From the NCBI GenBank assembly GCA_043802485.1, contig JAZDKZ010000007.1:32001-96000 (forward strand): 64,000 bases of DNA. Reading direction: 5' to 3'. Position numbers and translations under genes: made by a program. Shown piece after piece: positions 10,050 through 20,040 of this stretch; positions within the stretch are counted from its first letter, which is position 1; every line of letters begins with the position of its first letter. This stretch comes from Candidatus Aenigmatarchaeota archaeon (GTDB taxonomy: Archaea; Aenigmatarchaeota; Aenigmatarchaeia; Aenigmatarchaeales; Aenigmatarchaeaceae). The notes beneath the pieces are model-generated. The model saw only the letters and a list, made by a program, of their open reading frames with translations. It was not told the DNA's origin and made no database searches.

Positions 10050-10736
10050 ATGAGAGTTGATTGCCACTGCCACACCATCTACAGCAAGCATTTCTTATGG
10101 GGCTATGACTCCATAAGCAGGCCAAGGGATCTGGTAAAGGCTGCTGTAAAGAAGGGCCTTGACGGCATAGCTGTCACAGACCACGACAATATCAAGGGCA
10201 GCCTTGCCACCAAGAAGGTAGCAAGAAGCTTCAAGGGCTTCACAGTTTTAACTGGCTCTGAGATCAAGACAAAAGAAGGCGAGATACAGGGTCTTGGAAT
10301 AACAAAAGACGTGCCAAAAGGCTTGAGCATTGAAGAGACTGTAGAAAGAATACATGACCTGGGCGGCATAGCAGTCGCTGTCCATCCCTACGGAAGCTAC
10401 ATCTTCAGGAAGGGCGTCGAGCTGGGAGCAGTAAAGGCCGACGCCATAGAGATATTCAACGCCTCCAACCTTTTCGAGTACTCGAACGTGAAAGCAAAGA
10501 ACCTGGCCAGAAGATACAGGAAGCCTGTGACAGCAGGAAGCGACGCGCATAGCACAAGGGAAGTGGGCAACGCAGGCATAGTATTCGACGGCGACCCTCT
10601 GGAAGCCATAATGAAAAAGAGATTAAAGGTATTCGGCGAGAAGAACTCGATGGTCGACATGGCAAGGCTCATGTCAAAAAAGTTCATGCGCTCGACTGAA
10701 TGGAGACTTTTAAGAAGAAGAGGCAAACATTTCTAG
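10050..10736 (+). CDS. PHP-domain metallophosphoesterase
   Basis: DCHCHT, AVTDHD, HPY, AGSDAH. Confidence 0.88.
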   Translation: MRVDCHCHTIYSKHFLWGYDSISRPRDLVKAAVKKGLDGIAVTDHDNIKGSLATKKVARSFKGFTVLTGSEIKTKEGEIQGLGITKDVPKGLSIEETVERIHDLGGIAVAVHPYGSYIFRKGVELGAVKADAIEIFNASNLFEYSNVKAKNLARRYRKPVTAGSDAHSTREVGNAGIVFDGDPLEAIMKKRLKVFGEKNSMVDMARLMSKKFMRSTEWRLLRRRGKHF

Positions 10737-11198
10737 CACCCAACCCATGCTGTAGAAGCCTGCATAAGCAACCAATAAATGCAGGGCAATCTTGCCTATC
10801 AGGGTCGCCAAAAAGAATTTCTTGAAAGGATACCTCACGGTTCCAGAGAATATGCCTATTATGTCAAATGGTAACGGTGTAAACGCAAATATCATTATCA
10901 TGAAAAAACCACCATATTTTTCAAAATGCTTCTCAAGATTTTTCATGTCCTTCTTCCACCTTCTTTCTATAATCTTCTCCCCTCCAAAACCAAGAGCATA
11001 GGACGTCATCTCGCCGATGGCAGAGCCAAGGCCTGCAAACAGACCCACGAGTACCGGGTTCAGAAATGAACTTGAGGCGAATATCACTGCGATTGAGGGC
11101 AGGGGAAATATTATGGAGGACGAGCCTATCATGCTGATTAGGAAAGCCCCGCCATAGCCGTACGCCTTCAGCAGCAAATAGAAGAACTCAAAGTTCAT
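10710..11198 (-). CDS. DedA/VTT (SNARE-associated) membrane protein
   Basis: GSAIGEMTSYALG, FTPLPFD, FFLATLIGK. Confidence 0.85.
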   Translation of the reverse strand: MNFEFFYLLLKAYGYGGAFLISMIGSSSIIFPLPSIAVIFASSSFLNPVLVGLFAGLGSAIGEMTSYALGFGGEKIIERRWKKDMKNLEKHFEKYGGFFMIMIFAFTPLPFDIIGIFSGTVRYPFKKFFLATLIGKIALHLLVAYAGFYSMGWVLEMFASSS

Positions 11199-11250
11199 TT
11201 AAACACTGTTAAATTATATAAGACGAAACAAATATAGTTTATAGGTTAAG

Positions 11251-11844
11251 ATGCTCTACATAAAGAGAAAGTATTTCGACGAACTTGGGAGAAGGATAGG
11301 AGAAACTGTGGGAAGGCTTCCTATAACGCCCAACCAGTGGACTATGTCCAGCCTTCTTATTGTGCTGTTAAGCTTCTATTTTCTGGTAACCCAGAACTTT
11401 ATCGTGGCAGGCATAGTCTTCCTGATAGCAGCCTCAGTGGACATGATAGACGGCTCTGTGGCAAGGGCAAAGAGAAGGGTGACTGTCTTCGGCGCATACC
11501 TTGACACCATCATAGACAGGATAATAGAGTTCGTGATAATACTGGGCCTTTTGCTGATTCCATATCCGGACTTTATCATGCCAATGAACATCTGGCTCTT
11601 CGTGATGCTGTTCAGCTCTTTGATGGTGACTTACATCAAAGCGGCTGCAACAGAGAAAAGAATAGTGTTAGGTGGTATGAAGGGTGGAGGCCTGTTGGAG
11701 CATCCGGACAGAATGATTCTCATAGCAGCAACCATAATCGCGTCTCATTTCTCGTTCGAATACGCGTCCTACCTGATTGCCATAACCACAACGCTCATAA
11801 TAATAACAGCTGTCCAGAGATTCCTCATAGCGATAAGAAGATAA
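11251..11844 (+). CDS. CDP-alcohol phosphatidyltransferase (archaetidylinositol-phosphate synthase-like)
   Basis: TPNQWT and DMIDGSVAR...FGAYLDTIIDR signature. Confidence 0.9.
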   Translation: MLYIKRKYFDELGRRIGETVGRLPITPNQWTMSSLLIVLLSFYFLVTQNFIVAGIVFLIAASVDMIDGSVARAKRRVTVFGAYLDTIIDRIIEFVIILGLLLIPYPDFIMPMNIWLFVMLFSSLMVTYIKAAATEKRIVLGGMKGGGLLEHPDRMILIAATIIASHFSFEYASYLIAITTTLIIITAVQRFLIAIRR

Positions 11845-11867
11845 ATGACTAAAACAGATTTGATTCC

Positions 11868-12206
11868 ATGAAACAGGCCATCGTAATCAGGACCGACTTG
11901 AAGATGGAAAAAGGCAAAATAGCAAGCCAGTGCGCCCACGCTTCTGTGTCGGCTTTCTTGGAGGCGGACAAGAAGAAGAGCGACGCATGGCTGAAGCAGG
12001 GCATGAAAAAGATTGTTCTGAAGGTGGAAAACGAGAAGGAACTGCTCAGCATGTGTAGGAAGGCCAAGGCAGAGAAGCTGCCGTGTGTGATAATAACCGA
12101 CGCAGGCATGACCCAAATAGAACCTGGAACCCTGACAGCACTGGGTATAGGGCCTGATGCTGATGAGAAAATAGACAAGGTAACAAATAGACTCAAGCTT
12201 CTGTGA
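11868..12206 (+). CDS. pth2: peptidyl-tRNA hydrolase Pth2
   Basis: [35 protein letters not shown]. Confidence 0.95.
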   Translation: MKQAIVIRTDLKMEKGKIASQCAHASVSAFLEADKKKSDAWLKQGMKKIVLKVENEKELLSMCRKAKAEKLPCVIITDAGMTQIEPGTLTALGIGPDADEKIDKVTNRLKLL

Positions 12207-12210
12207 TAAG

Positions 12211-12402
12211 ATGAAAAAGAAAAGCAAATTCATGCTGAAACTAACGGAGAACTACCTCAATGCGGTCATGGTCCTTGTTCTGGCAGTTCTGGTCGTCCAC
12301 TCGATAGTCTACAGGGACGCGTTAACAACAGTGCTGGCAGTCATATGGGTATTAACAATACCGTTCCTAGGAACCTTTGTGGACATGAAATCGAACAAGT
12401 GA
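12211..12402 (+). CDS. small 2-TM protein
   Basis: Tightly packed in operon, hydrophobic. Confidence 0.6.
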   Translation: MKKKSKFMLKLTENYLNAVMVLVLAVLVVHSIVYRDALTTVLAVIWVLTIPFLGTFVDMKSNK

Positions 12403-12406
12403 TTTA

Positions 12407-13198
12407 ATGATAGAAGAATTCATCAATGACAACTTCCTGAATCCTTTGTGCCATTACTATACGACAGTTGGAACCCTGACATACGGCATCATCCTTATAA
12501 CAGCTGTCTGGCTGACTTACAAGCTTCTCAGAAGGCTGAAGATAAAGATTGACAAGAGGTTCTTCATCGCCTTGCTGCCGTTCATAATCTACGGCGGCTG
12601 GACTCGAGCATTGCGGGACCACCTACTGGGAATTTATCAAAGCAAGCTCTTCTGCTCGCCGCCGATATACTTTTTCATATTCGCCATAACCCTAGGTTCG
12701 CTGCTTTTAGGCCTGCTATTGGAAAAGAAGCTCAAGATTCCGTACGAAAGGACAATGATGGCAATAGGCTCGCTGTTGCTAATCTACAACATAACACTGA
12801 CGCAGATAAGCAACTTTGACGGCTTCTTCATCATAGTCGGCCTGGTGAGCTTGTGGACCTTGATATTCTTCGGCATAAGCCACTTCAAATCAAAGTGGCT
12901 GTCGAGTGTCAACGCAGGAATTCTCGTATCACACCTGCTGGACGCAAGCTCGACATACACCGCGTTGACATATTTCGGCTACTATGAGCAGCACGTGCTG
13001 CCGAGTTTCCTCATCGATATTTTCGGGGCTTGGGTGATGTTCCCGCTGAAAATCTCGGTGGTGTGGACAGTCCTTTACGTCATTGACCAGTCAAAAGAGG
13101 ACAAGTTCTTCAAGAGGCTGATGAAGATAATAATATTGATTCTCGGCTTAGCTTTAGGCATAAGGGACTTTCTGACAGTCTCTATGTTAAGCTATTAA
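12407..13198 (+). CDS. DUF63 family membrane protein
   Basis: RALRD, SPPIYF, HLLDASST, YYEQHVLP, LGIRD motifs. Confidence 0.85.
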   Translation: MIEEFINDNFLNPLCHYYTTVGTLTYGIILITAVWLTYKLLRRLKIKIDKRFFIALLPFIIYGGWTRALRDHLLGIYQSKLFCSPPIYFFIFAITLGSLLLGLLLEKKLKIPYERTMMAIGSLLLIYNITLTQISNFDGFFIIVGLVSLWTLIFFGISHFKSKWLSSVNAGILVSHLLDASSTYTALTYFGYYEQHVLPSFLIDIFGAWVMFPLKISVVWTVLYVIDQSKEDKFFKRLMKIIILILGLALGIRDFLTVSMLSY

Positions 13199-13229
13199 AA
13201 CTTGCCCGAAAAGATATTATTGTGTGTAA

Positions 13230-14435
13230 ATGGCAGACCTTGTAATAGACATTGTTAACAGCATCTTTGCCATAAGCGGCATATACTTCACAGTCCTATT
13301 CATAATGCTGTTCTTCTCGCACGAAAAAAAGCTTTTCAAAAGGCCTAAGATGAAAAAGTTCCCGTCAATAAGCATCATAGTTCCAGTCTTCAACGAAGAG
13401 TGTATAATAGAGAAAACGATAAGCAACGTCAAGGCGATGTCCTATCCAAGGGAGAAGGAAATAATAGTGGTGGATGACGGCTCGACCGACAAGACGTTTG
13501 AAATACTGAAAGGCATCAAAAGCATTAGGGTCTTCAGGAAGAAGAACGGCGGCAGAGCCAGCGCAGTGAACTTCGGCCTGAAAAGAGCAAAAGGAGAAAT
13601 AATCGTCCGAATAGACGCGGATTCCTTCCCAGAGAAGAATGCTTTGATGAAAGCGATACCTCATTTCGAGGACAACGTTGCATCTGTGGCAACAACCGTG
13701 CTGATAAAGAGCCCAAAAGGCCTGCTGGAAAAGCTGCAGGACCTGGAATACATCATGATCGCCTGGTCAAGGAAGATTCTAGAGTATCTGGATGCCATAT
13801 ACGTCACGCCAGGAGCCATGAGCTTCTACAGGAGGGACGCGCTGCTGAAGGTCGGCGGCTTTGACGAGAAGAACCTCACAGAGGACATAGAGATAGCATG
13901 GAGGCTGCTGAAGCACAAGTACAGGATAAAGATGGCCCTTGACACTGTAGTATACACAAAGCCCCCGAACACCATGAGAAGGTGGTGGGACCAGAGGATA
14001 AGGTGGAACATAGGAGGCATGCAGACCTTCCTAAAGTACATAAACCTCTTTTTCAGCAAAAAGTTCAAGAACGTGGGCATGCTGCTGCTGCCCTTGTTCT
14101 CAATATCGTACGTGCTGAACCTGATAGGCTTCATGTTCACAGGCTATGTCTTCCTGAGAGGAGCAGAATATCTCGTAGGCGCCTACATATTTGGCTTCAA
14201 CCCAATCAGGATATCGCTGGTGCTTATACCTGACATGTTCGTCTTCCTTGCTGTATTCTCTTTCATGCTTGCCCTGGTTTTCATAAAGATAAACTTCAGG
14301 ACAATGAAAAGGATAGGCATACTGCCTGTGAAGCTGGCCAATTTCATGGTGTATCTTTTCATTTATATCCTTTTGTCGCCATTAAACCTTTTACACAGCA
14401 CAATAAAATTTTTGACAGGAAAGTACAAGTGGTAA
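13230..14435 (+). CDS. GT2 processive-type glycosyltransferase with TM helices
   Basis: VDDGSTD, DAD, TED, QRIRW motifs. Confidence 0.9.
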   Translation: MADLVIDIVNSIFAISGIYFTVLFIMLFFSHEKKLFKRPKMKKFPSISIIVPVFNEECIIEKTISNVKAMSYPREKEIIVVDDGSTDKTFEILKGIKSIRVFRKKNGGRASAVNFGLKRAKGEIIVRIDADSFPEKNALMKAIPHFEDNVASVATTVLIKSPKGLLEKLQDLEYIMIAWSRKILEYLDAIYVTPGAMSFYRRDALLKVGGFDEKNLTEDIEIAWRLLKHKYRIKMALDTVVYTKPPNTMRRWWDQRIRWNIGGMQTFLKYINLFFSKKFKNVGMLLLPLFSISYVLNLIGFMFTGYVFLRGAEYLVGAYIFGFNPIRISLVLIPDMFVFLAVFSFMLALVFIKINFRTMKRIGILPVKLANFMVYLFIYILLSPLNLLHSTIKFLTGKYKW

Positions 14436-14436
14436 A

Positions 14437-15081
14437 ATGAAGAACGTCTTTTTGAAAACAGCCATAATAACAGCAGCAGTCTTCATAATAGGGGTCTACT
14501 TCGGCTTCATCCTGGACAGCATGAGGGTTGACGAGGCCAAGAGCAGGCTCACTGAGATAGACAACCTATGGAACGACGTGAGGCTGATGCAGTCTTACAT
14601 ACAGCAATCATCCAACAGCTCAGAATACTGCGGCTTCCTGCTGGAAGAGAACCTGAAGATAGGGGACAAGATATACGCAGAAGGTATTCTGGTTGAGGAG
14701 TATGAAAATGTGAACCGGTTCGGCTCCCTATTTCTCTTGGAGAAGCAGCGATATGCTCTGCTGGACTTGCAGTTCTGGCTGAACAGCATAGAACTGAAGA
14801 AGGTATGCAACGGCAACTATTCTACCGTGATATATTTCTATTCCCAGTATGATAAAAGTCCAGAACAGAGGTTCCAGGACATGGTGCTGTGGGAGCTGAA
14901 GCAGCAATGCGGGCCCAAGATAATCTACATAACCTTCCCATCAGACATCGACATAACCACCATAGAGGTAGTCAAGAGCATTTATGGAATTGAAAAGGTG
15001 CCTTCTGTCCTGATAAACGAGGCAGTGCTTCTGGAAAGCCCTGTGACAATGGACCAATTGGAAGATTACATCAGCTGTTGA
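14437..15081 (+). CDS. membrane-anchored protein with thioredoxin-like C-terminus
   Basis: N-terminal TM; VIYFYS...YGIEKVPSVLIN; coupled to the GT2 gene. Confidence 0.6.
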   Translation: MKNVFLKTAIITAAVFIIGVYFGFILDSMRVDEAKSRLTEIDNLWNDVRLMQSYIQQSSNSSEYCGFLLEENLKIGDKIYAEGILVEEYENVNRFGSLFLLEKQRYALLDLQFWLNSIELKKVCNGNYSTVIYFYSQYDKSPEQRFQDMVLWELKQQCGPKIIYITFPSDIDITTIEVVKSIYGIEKVPSVLINEAVLLESPVTMDQLEDYISC

Positions 15082-15688
15082 CGCTCATAAGGACCAGAAT
15101 CAGCTTGTCCACTGCCAAGTCAAGGTCAGTATAGTCCCTGTCTTCTTCTTGGAAGCTCTCTCCCTCTGCGGTTATGAGGTAGTTCTCTACAGAGACGGCC
15201 GTCCTGTTGGCTGTTGAAGGCCCTCTCAAGAGTATGACAGGCTCTATGGGGGTCGGTATGAGATCGTCTGTGGAGTTTATGGGCACAGACTTGAAGCACC
15301 TGACGTGCTTGTTTGGGTAGAATATCATGCAGGCACTGCCGTCTTTATCCTGGAAGGTGGTGACCTCTGTTCCAAGGAAACTCCTGTAGATTATAGAGAG
15401 CTTGTTGGTTATCTCAAAGCTCGACGCAAAATAGAACGAGTTCTCTGCGTCGTTTGGAAAGAACGCGATGTGTATCTTGTAGACATCTGGGTTCATCAAA
15501 ATACTTATTATTGACCTTTCATCAGGATAGACTGGGACCTTGGCAGCCTCGTTCAGGTTGCCTCGGAAATTCCTCACGTCCCCTGCATAGAATTTCTGGT
15601 ATGGCGTAAGGAAATCAATGGACCGCAATAGAAGAACGAACAATATGACTGCCGCAATAATTAAAGAGGCGATGATGTATTTTTTCAT
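15071..15688 (-). CDS. membrane-anchored hypothetical protein
   Basis: ATG at 15688 (MKKYIIASLIIAAVILFV); the longer call crosses the terminator. Confidence 0.7.
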   Translation of the reverse strand: MKKYIIASLIIAAVILFVLLLRSIDFLTPYQKFYAGDVRNFRGNLNEAAKVPVYPDERSIISILMNPDVYKIHIAFFPNDAENSFYFASSFEITNKLSIIYRSFLGTEVTTFQDKDGSACMIFYPNKHVRCFKSVPINSTDDLIPTPIEPVILLRGPSTANRTAVSVENYLITAEGESFQEEDRDYTDLDLAVDKLILVLMSVNS

Positions 15689-15711
15689 GCTATAACCTTT
15701 GGTTTTGAAGA

Positions 15712-15748
15712 AATAAAAAAGAAAAGGGAGTGGGGGTGAACCCCCCAC
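15712..15748 (-). terminator. hairpin plus U-tract after the S-layer gene
   Basis: GTGGGGG(G)-TTCA-CCCCCAC followed by TCCCTTTTCTTTTTT on the minus strand. Confidence 0.7.
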
Positions 15749-15764
15749 AAATTTGTTCAGACTA

Positions 15765-18422
15765 TTACGAATAGGCTGGTGAAGATACGCTTCCAGTTAC
15801 TTCTATTGCTGCTTCAGCCTTCTGTGCGGCTGTTGCGCCTGGGAAGCCAGTCTGCACTATTCTTCCTGCCAAGTCTGTGTCTGCTGCTCTTGTACCGGCA
15901 ATTACCAGTGCTGTGTATCCGGATGCGAATGCATCAGATATCACTTCCACTCTTCCAAAGTTGCTGCCTGGCCAGTCTGCACAGGTGTATGGGAATTTTC
16001 CTGCCGTTGCTAACTCTGATACTAGAGAGTTTATACAAGGCCCGCCCATCAAGACCAAGTCCTTTCCTGTCTTGTCTGATGCTGCGACCTCAGTGTCCAA
16101 CTTGACAACGTCTGCCGTTATTGGCAAGACTGTCTCAGTTGTTACAGTTCCGCCTCCTGCTCCACCGGATGGGGCTGGAGATACTCCTACACCAACAATT
16201 GCCTGTGCCTGTGTTGATGGTATGGACAAAGACAGTGTACCTGGTGCTGTGGAATCATATGTTACATATGTTCCGAATGCATCCATGTATCTGTTCAATG
16301 TCGAACCACTAACTGTTGGGTTAGTTGTCACAGGTGCTGTGAAACTTGGTGCTGCTGCAAGGTCTACTCTGTTGTATGATACATCACCTGCCATTCTAAC
16401 TGCAATTACACCTCTTTGCTGGTTCTGATCCAAACCTTCTGATATCAAAAGACCTGGTGTATCCCAAGCTGCTCCTGGTGCTGCTGCAGGAGTATTGTCT
16501 GTAGCTCTTACATAGATCCATGTTCCGTCTGCTACTCCAGTCACGTTGTATGTTGCATTTCCGACTACCTGAGCACCTTGTCCTGTACCTACAGTTATGT
16601 TAGGCACAACAGAAAGTGCTCCTGTTGGCAAGTTCAAGATATAGGTTGTTCCTGTTGTTAGACCTGACATGTTTACTGGATTTGTTATTGAAACCCAAGC
16701 TCCTTTGCTTGTCATCAATGTTGGGTACACGTCTGTTGCTGTACCAACTGAGTTGTTTGTAGCGCTTGTTCCCCAGAAGAACCTAGCATGTGTAGTGTTT
16801 ACTACATCCAAGGCGTATGCCTGTCCGTCCAGATATAGTGTGGTGTCTCCACCCGTTACTGTCAATGTTGCTCCGCTAGCTACATCCTGAAGTGTTGTTG
16901 TTGCTGCTGCTGAGGTTTCTACTGACAATACTCTAATTATGTGTCCGAATGAGTTTTGCCCTGCACCTGCTAAGCTGTTCTGTCCTAGAACGACATATTC
17001 GTTCTCTGCTACAGTTGCACCTTCTACTACATGTAGTGCGTAACCACCTGCATCTTGCAGTGCTACGTTTGCTACACCGATTGCTGAGGACCTTACAAAG
17101 TTCTGTGTAAGTGTTTGTCCGTCTGACGTTGTGAGACTCAATGTTCCTGCTGTTCCAGAAGGTGTTATTGACACAGTCTCTCTGTCTGTGCTGCCTATTG
17201 CCGGTGTTATTCCACCGAAGAATATCTTGAATCCTCCGGTTGCTGGGTCAGTCAAGCTGTTTCCAGCGGTTACAAACTGCTCCAACGAAGGCGTCCATAC
17301 TAACTGTATGTTATCCATTGTCAAAGATGTTGCGTCTGCTGTTCCTGTCATGACGACTCTCACGTCTGTCAAAGTCTGTCCATTTACTCTAACACCTGAA
17401 TATGGTGTCGAGCTTGTCATGTCTGTGTCTGCAAGTTCCAGCTTGTCTGCTCCTAAGAACACGACTGCGCTGTCAATTGCTCCTGTCTTTGTTGTGGTGA
17501 AGATAGATGTTACACCCATAAGTGTTCCATCGTTCAAGGTCTTTGTTCCTCCAGACAATACTTGTACTGTCTGTGGTGCTGAAAGACCTCCACCCTCAAT
17601 TGTCACTGTTGCGGCTGCAACAGCGTTAATTGTACCTACAGCTACTAGTGTTACCGTGTATGCGTTGCCGTCAACATCGTACGATGCTGGCTCTTCTGTG
17701 GTAACTGTCTGAGCATTCTTTCCTGACAACAATGTCAAAGAAATGCTGTTCGCTCCCACATATGTTGCTGCAGTTATTGTCCAATCCTTTCCAAGCATGG
17801 ACATCTGGCTGTTCACCATGTTTGTGATACTTGATGAAGCTATAGCCTCTGATATCTGCTTTGTATAGGACATCAGGTATGTGTATACGTTGCTGCTACC
17901 TGTTATTTTCAGACCGAGCTCTGGTGCTGTTCCACCGTTCTTTGTATCATAGACAATCTGGCCGTTTGCTGCGGCGTTTGCGAATGTCAGATACTGTGCG
18001 TATGGAACTGAGACACTTGCCTGGTCTACATAGTTTCCACCTGCTAACAAGGTTGGCAGATCAGTTGCTGTTAGGACCTGCTTGGAGCTTGCAAGGTTGT
18101 CCCAAGTGACCAATGGGTTTGTTCCCGTGGCCATTGAGGTTCCGCCTGTTACTCCTACAGATACTCCCTCTACAGATACCTGAGATGTTGTCTTGGCGTT
18201 TGCAGCCATGTTTACGGCTACATTAATTCCAGCGGCAACGTCTGCAGTAGCTGCTCCTGCTCCGATTACGAACAGGGGGAAGCTAACTGTTGAATCTGCA
18301 ACTCCTACCATGTCACTGATGCTGTCTAAACTTGTCACAGATGTTGCTAATGCCGGGGCGACTAATGTCATTCCTGCCATTAATGCTGAACCGGCTATAG
18401 CGGCTAATTTTTTGAATTGCAT
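15765..18422 (-). CDS. S-layer protein
   Basis: MQFKKLAAIAGSALMAG signal, VIGAGAATADVAAG, C-terminal DLVLMGGPCINS...LVIAGTRAADT; Thr/Gly/Ala-rich; GAGGT SD. Confidence 0.9.
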   Translation of the reverse strand: MQFKKLAAIAGSALMAGMTLVAPALATSVTSLDSISDMVGVADSTVSFPLFVIGAGAATADVAAGINVAVNMAANAKTTSQVSVEGVSVGVTGGTSMATGTNPLVTWDNLASSKQVLTATDLPTLLAGGNYVDQASVSVPYAQYLTFANAAANGQIVYDTKNGGTAPELGLKITGSSNVYTYLMSYTKQISEAIASSSITNMVNSQMSMLGKDWTITAATYVGANSISLTLLSGKNAQTVTTEEPASYDVDGNAYTVTLVAVGTINAVAAATVTIEGGGLSAPQTVQVLSGGTKTLNDGTLMGVTSIFTTTKTGAIDSAVVFLGADKLELADTDMTSSTPYSGVRVNGQTLTDVRVVMTGTADATSLTMDNIQLVWTPSLEQFVTAGNSLTDPATGGFKIFFGGITPAIGSTDRETVSITPSGTAGTLSLTTSDGQTLTQNFVRSSAIGVANVALQDAGGYALHVVEGATVAENEYVVLGQNSLAGAGQNSFGHIIRVLSVETSAAATTTLQDVASGATLTVTGGDTTLYLDGQAYALDVVNTTHARFFWGTSATNNSVGTATDVYPTLMTSKGAWVSITNPVNMSGLTTGTTYILNLPTGALSVVPNITVGTGQGAQVVGNATYNVTGVADGTWIYVRATDNTPAAAPGAAWDTPGLLISEGLDQNQQRGVIAVRMAGDVSYNRVDLAAAPSFTAPVTTNPTVSGSTLNRYMDAFGTYVTYDSTAPGTLSLSIPSTQAQAIVGVGVSPAPSGGAGGGTVTTETVLPITADVVKLDTEVAASDKTGKDLVLMGGPCINSLVSELATAGKFPYTCADWPGSNFGRVEVISDAFASGYTALVIAGTRAADTDLAGRIVQTGFPGATAAQKAEAAIEVTGSVSSPAYS

Positions 18423-18678
18423 TTTTTATTACCTCTTTTATTTTATTTTTGTGCGGTGTATGCACATTTCTTGGCGCCAATTGTGCGCTTACGCGCCAAA
18501 AGGATGAAATCGATGTTGTATCGATATTTCTAGGCGCCTTATTTGTAAAAAGTAATGCGCAAAATTAGGATATATATATTCATAGAAACAGTTTCCAGCC
18601 ATGCTTTGTATTGTTTCTGGGTACAATTTCAATCAAAAATAACTAATTTTATATTATCTAATTGTTTCTAAAGGTGTT

Positions 18679-19578
18679 TTATGGCTTCTTTTGAAAATCC
18701 TTGACTATATATACCTTGTTTGACCTGCCGATTCGTTCAAGTTTGACAAGTCCTCTTTCCTTCAAAGAACTCAGCACCTTTGACACTTTTGCCTTGGAAT
18801 AGCCGCTGTCGCGCACAATAATTTTCTGATTGACACCGCTTCCGTGCTTCATTATGGTGTTGAAAATTGTTTTCTCGTCTTTTTTCAGGACAGGAATAAT
18901 AAATTTTATTCCTTTGCCTTTTAGATAGAACTGATAGAAGAGAACGAAGCCAGAAAAAGTTATGACAACAATGACCAAAAGGTACTGCATGGGTAATCCT
19001 GCAATAACTTCGCCTGTACTATCGAAAGCAATGGAAACATCAAACCTTTCCCCGACATCCAGATCATTCTTCAGCCAGTTTATTATCAGCCTTCTCCCGT
19101 CAGATCCCTTCAGAGCGTCAGAAGGACTGTAGGAATTCTCTATCGGCTCTCTCAGTCCGGTTGCTTCTGGCAATTTTACCAAAACGGAAAGTGTGTTTAC
19201 ATCGTCGTCTAAAACGAAAGAGTCAGAAAAAAGAAGATAACCTTCCCTCTTCTTGACGTTCTCATCAGAACTGTACAAGACCTGTATGTCTGTCCTATTA
19301 GAAGCATCCATATCACATGTGACAACTGTTCCCAAGACCCTCTTAACAATCTTACAATCAGCCTTTGTCTCTATGCTTATGTTCGATGGGCTTCCAAGAG
19401 TGAAGGAAACATTCTGTTCAGGATTATTGACATATATTAAATTAATCTTGTAATTCACAGTATTGTTCTCCAGAATATCTGCGTCAACACTGTACTGAAA
19501 TATCTGGCAGAACCCTGGCATTGAGAATAGAATAAAACCTAGCAATATTGTTAGCAATACCTTTTTCATGCGTATCAT
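18679..19578 (-). CDS. membrane-anchored winged-HTH regulator (signal peptide, extracellular domain, TM, cytoplasmic HTH)
   Basis: C-terminal LKKDEK...QKIIVRDSGYSKAKVSKVLSSLKERGLVKLERIGRSNKV. Confidence 0.8.
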   Translation of the reverse strand: MIRMKKVLLTILLGFILFSMPGFCQIFQYSVDADILENNTVNYKINLIYVNNPEQNVSFTLGSPSNISIETKADCKIVKRVLGTVVTCDMDASNRTDIQVLYSSDENVKKREGYLLFSDSFVLDDDVNTLSVLVKLPEATGLREPIENSYSPSDALKGSDGRRLIINWLKNDLDVGERFDVSIAFDSTGEVIAGLPMQYLLVIVVITFSGFVLFYQFYLKGKGIKFIIPVLKKDEKTIFNTIMKHGSGVNQKIIVRDSGYSKAKVSKVLSSLKERGLVKLERIGRSNKVYIVKDFQKKP

Positions 19579-20030
19579 TTTCCTCTAACCAGAACCATGC
19601 CGCCGGTTCCAGCTGCTGCGAACTGGTGCATGACATGGGAAACCGTGTTAAGGATCGACTGGGCCTCTCCTGCATCTGTCTCGAACTTTTTGGGCTCAAG
19701 AACCTCAATCGCAGACGGGCCATACTCTATGACTATCTGGACCAGGTTGTCAAAATTGCTCGAAACAAGCTCTATCTCGCTGGTCATAGAATAACCTTTC
19801 TCAACGTTCTTTATCGGCTTTTCAACCTCTTTGGTCTCCCCGAACTCCTTCTTGCACATCTTCACCCTACTGTCATTATCCAAGCGGTCAAGAAGACCTT
19901 CCAAAGACTTTTTGGTAGTTTCCTCGCTAACAGCCAAAACCTCAAACATCATCCAGGCTCTTATGTTCCCTTCCTTGACCTTTGCATCTGCCTCTTCCTT
20001 TGTAATCATAAGAACTAATTTCATTTTCAA
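19575..20030 (-). CDS. hypothetical protein
   Basis: 151 aa, coupled to both neighbours. Confidence 0.7.
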   Translation of the reverse strand: MKMKLVLMITKEEADAKVKEGNIRAWMMFEVLAVSEETTKKSLEGLLDRLDNDSRVKMCKKEFGETKEVEKPIKNVEKGYSMTSEIELVSSNFDNLVQIVIEYGPSAIEVLEPKKFETDAGEAQSILNTVSHVMHQFAAAGTGGMVLVRGK

Positions 20031-20040
20031 AGCTTTAAAT

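Noticed and set aside
15779..18507. Plus-strand ORFs over the S-layer gene, and similar antisense ORFs throughout the track
   Set aside because: Shadows of well-supported genes with no motifs of their own
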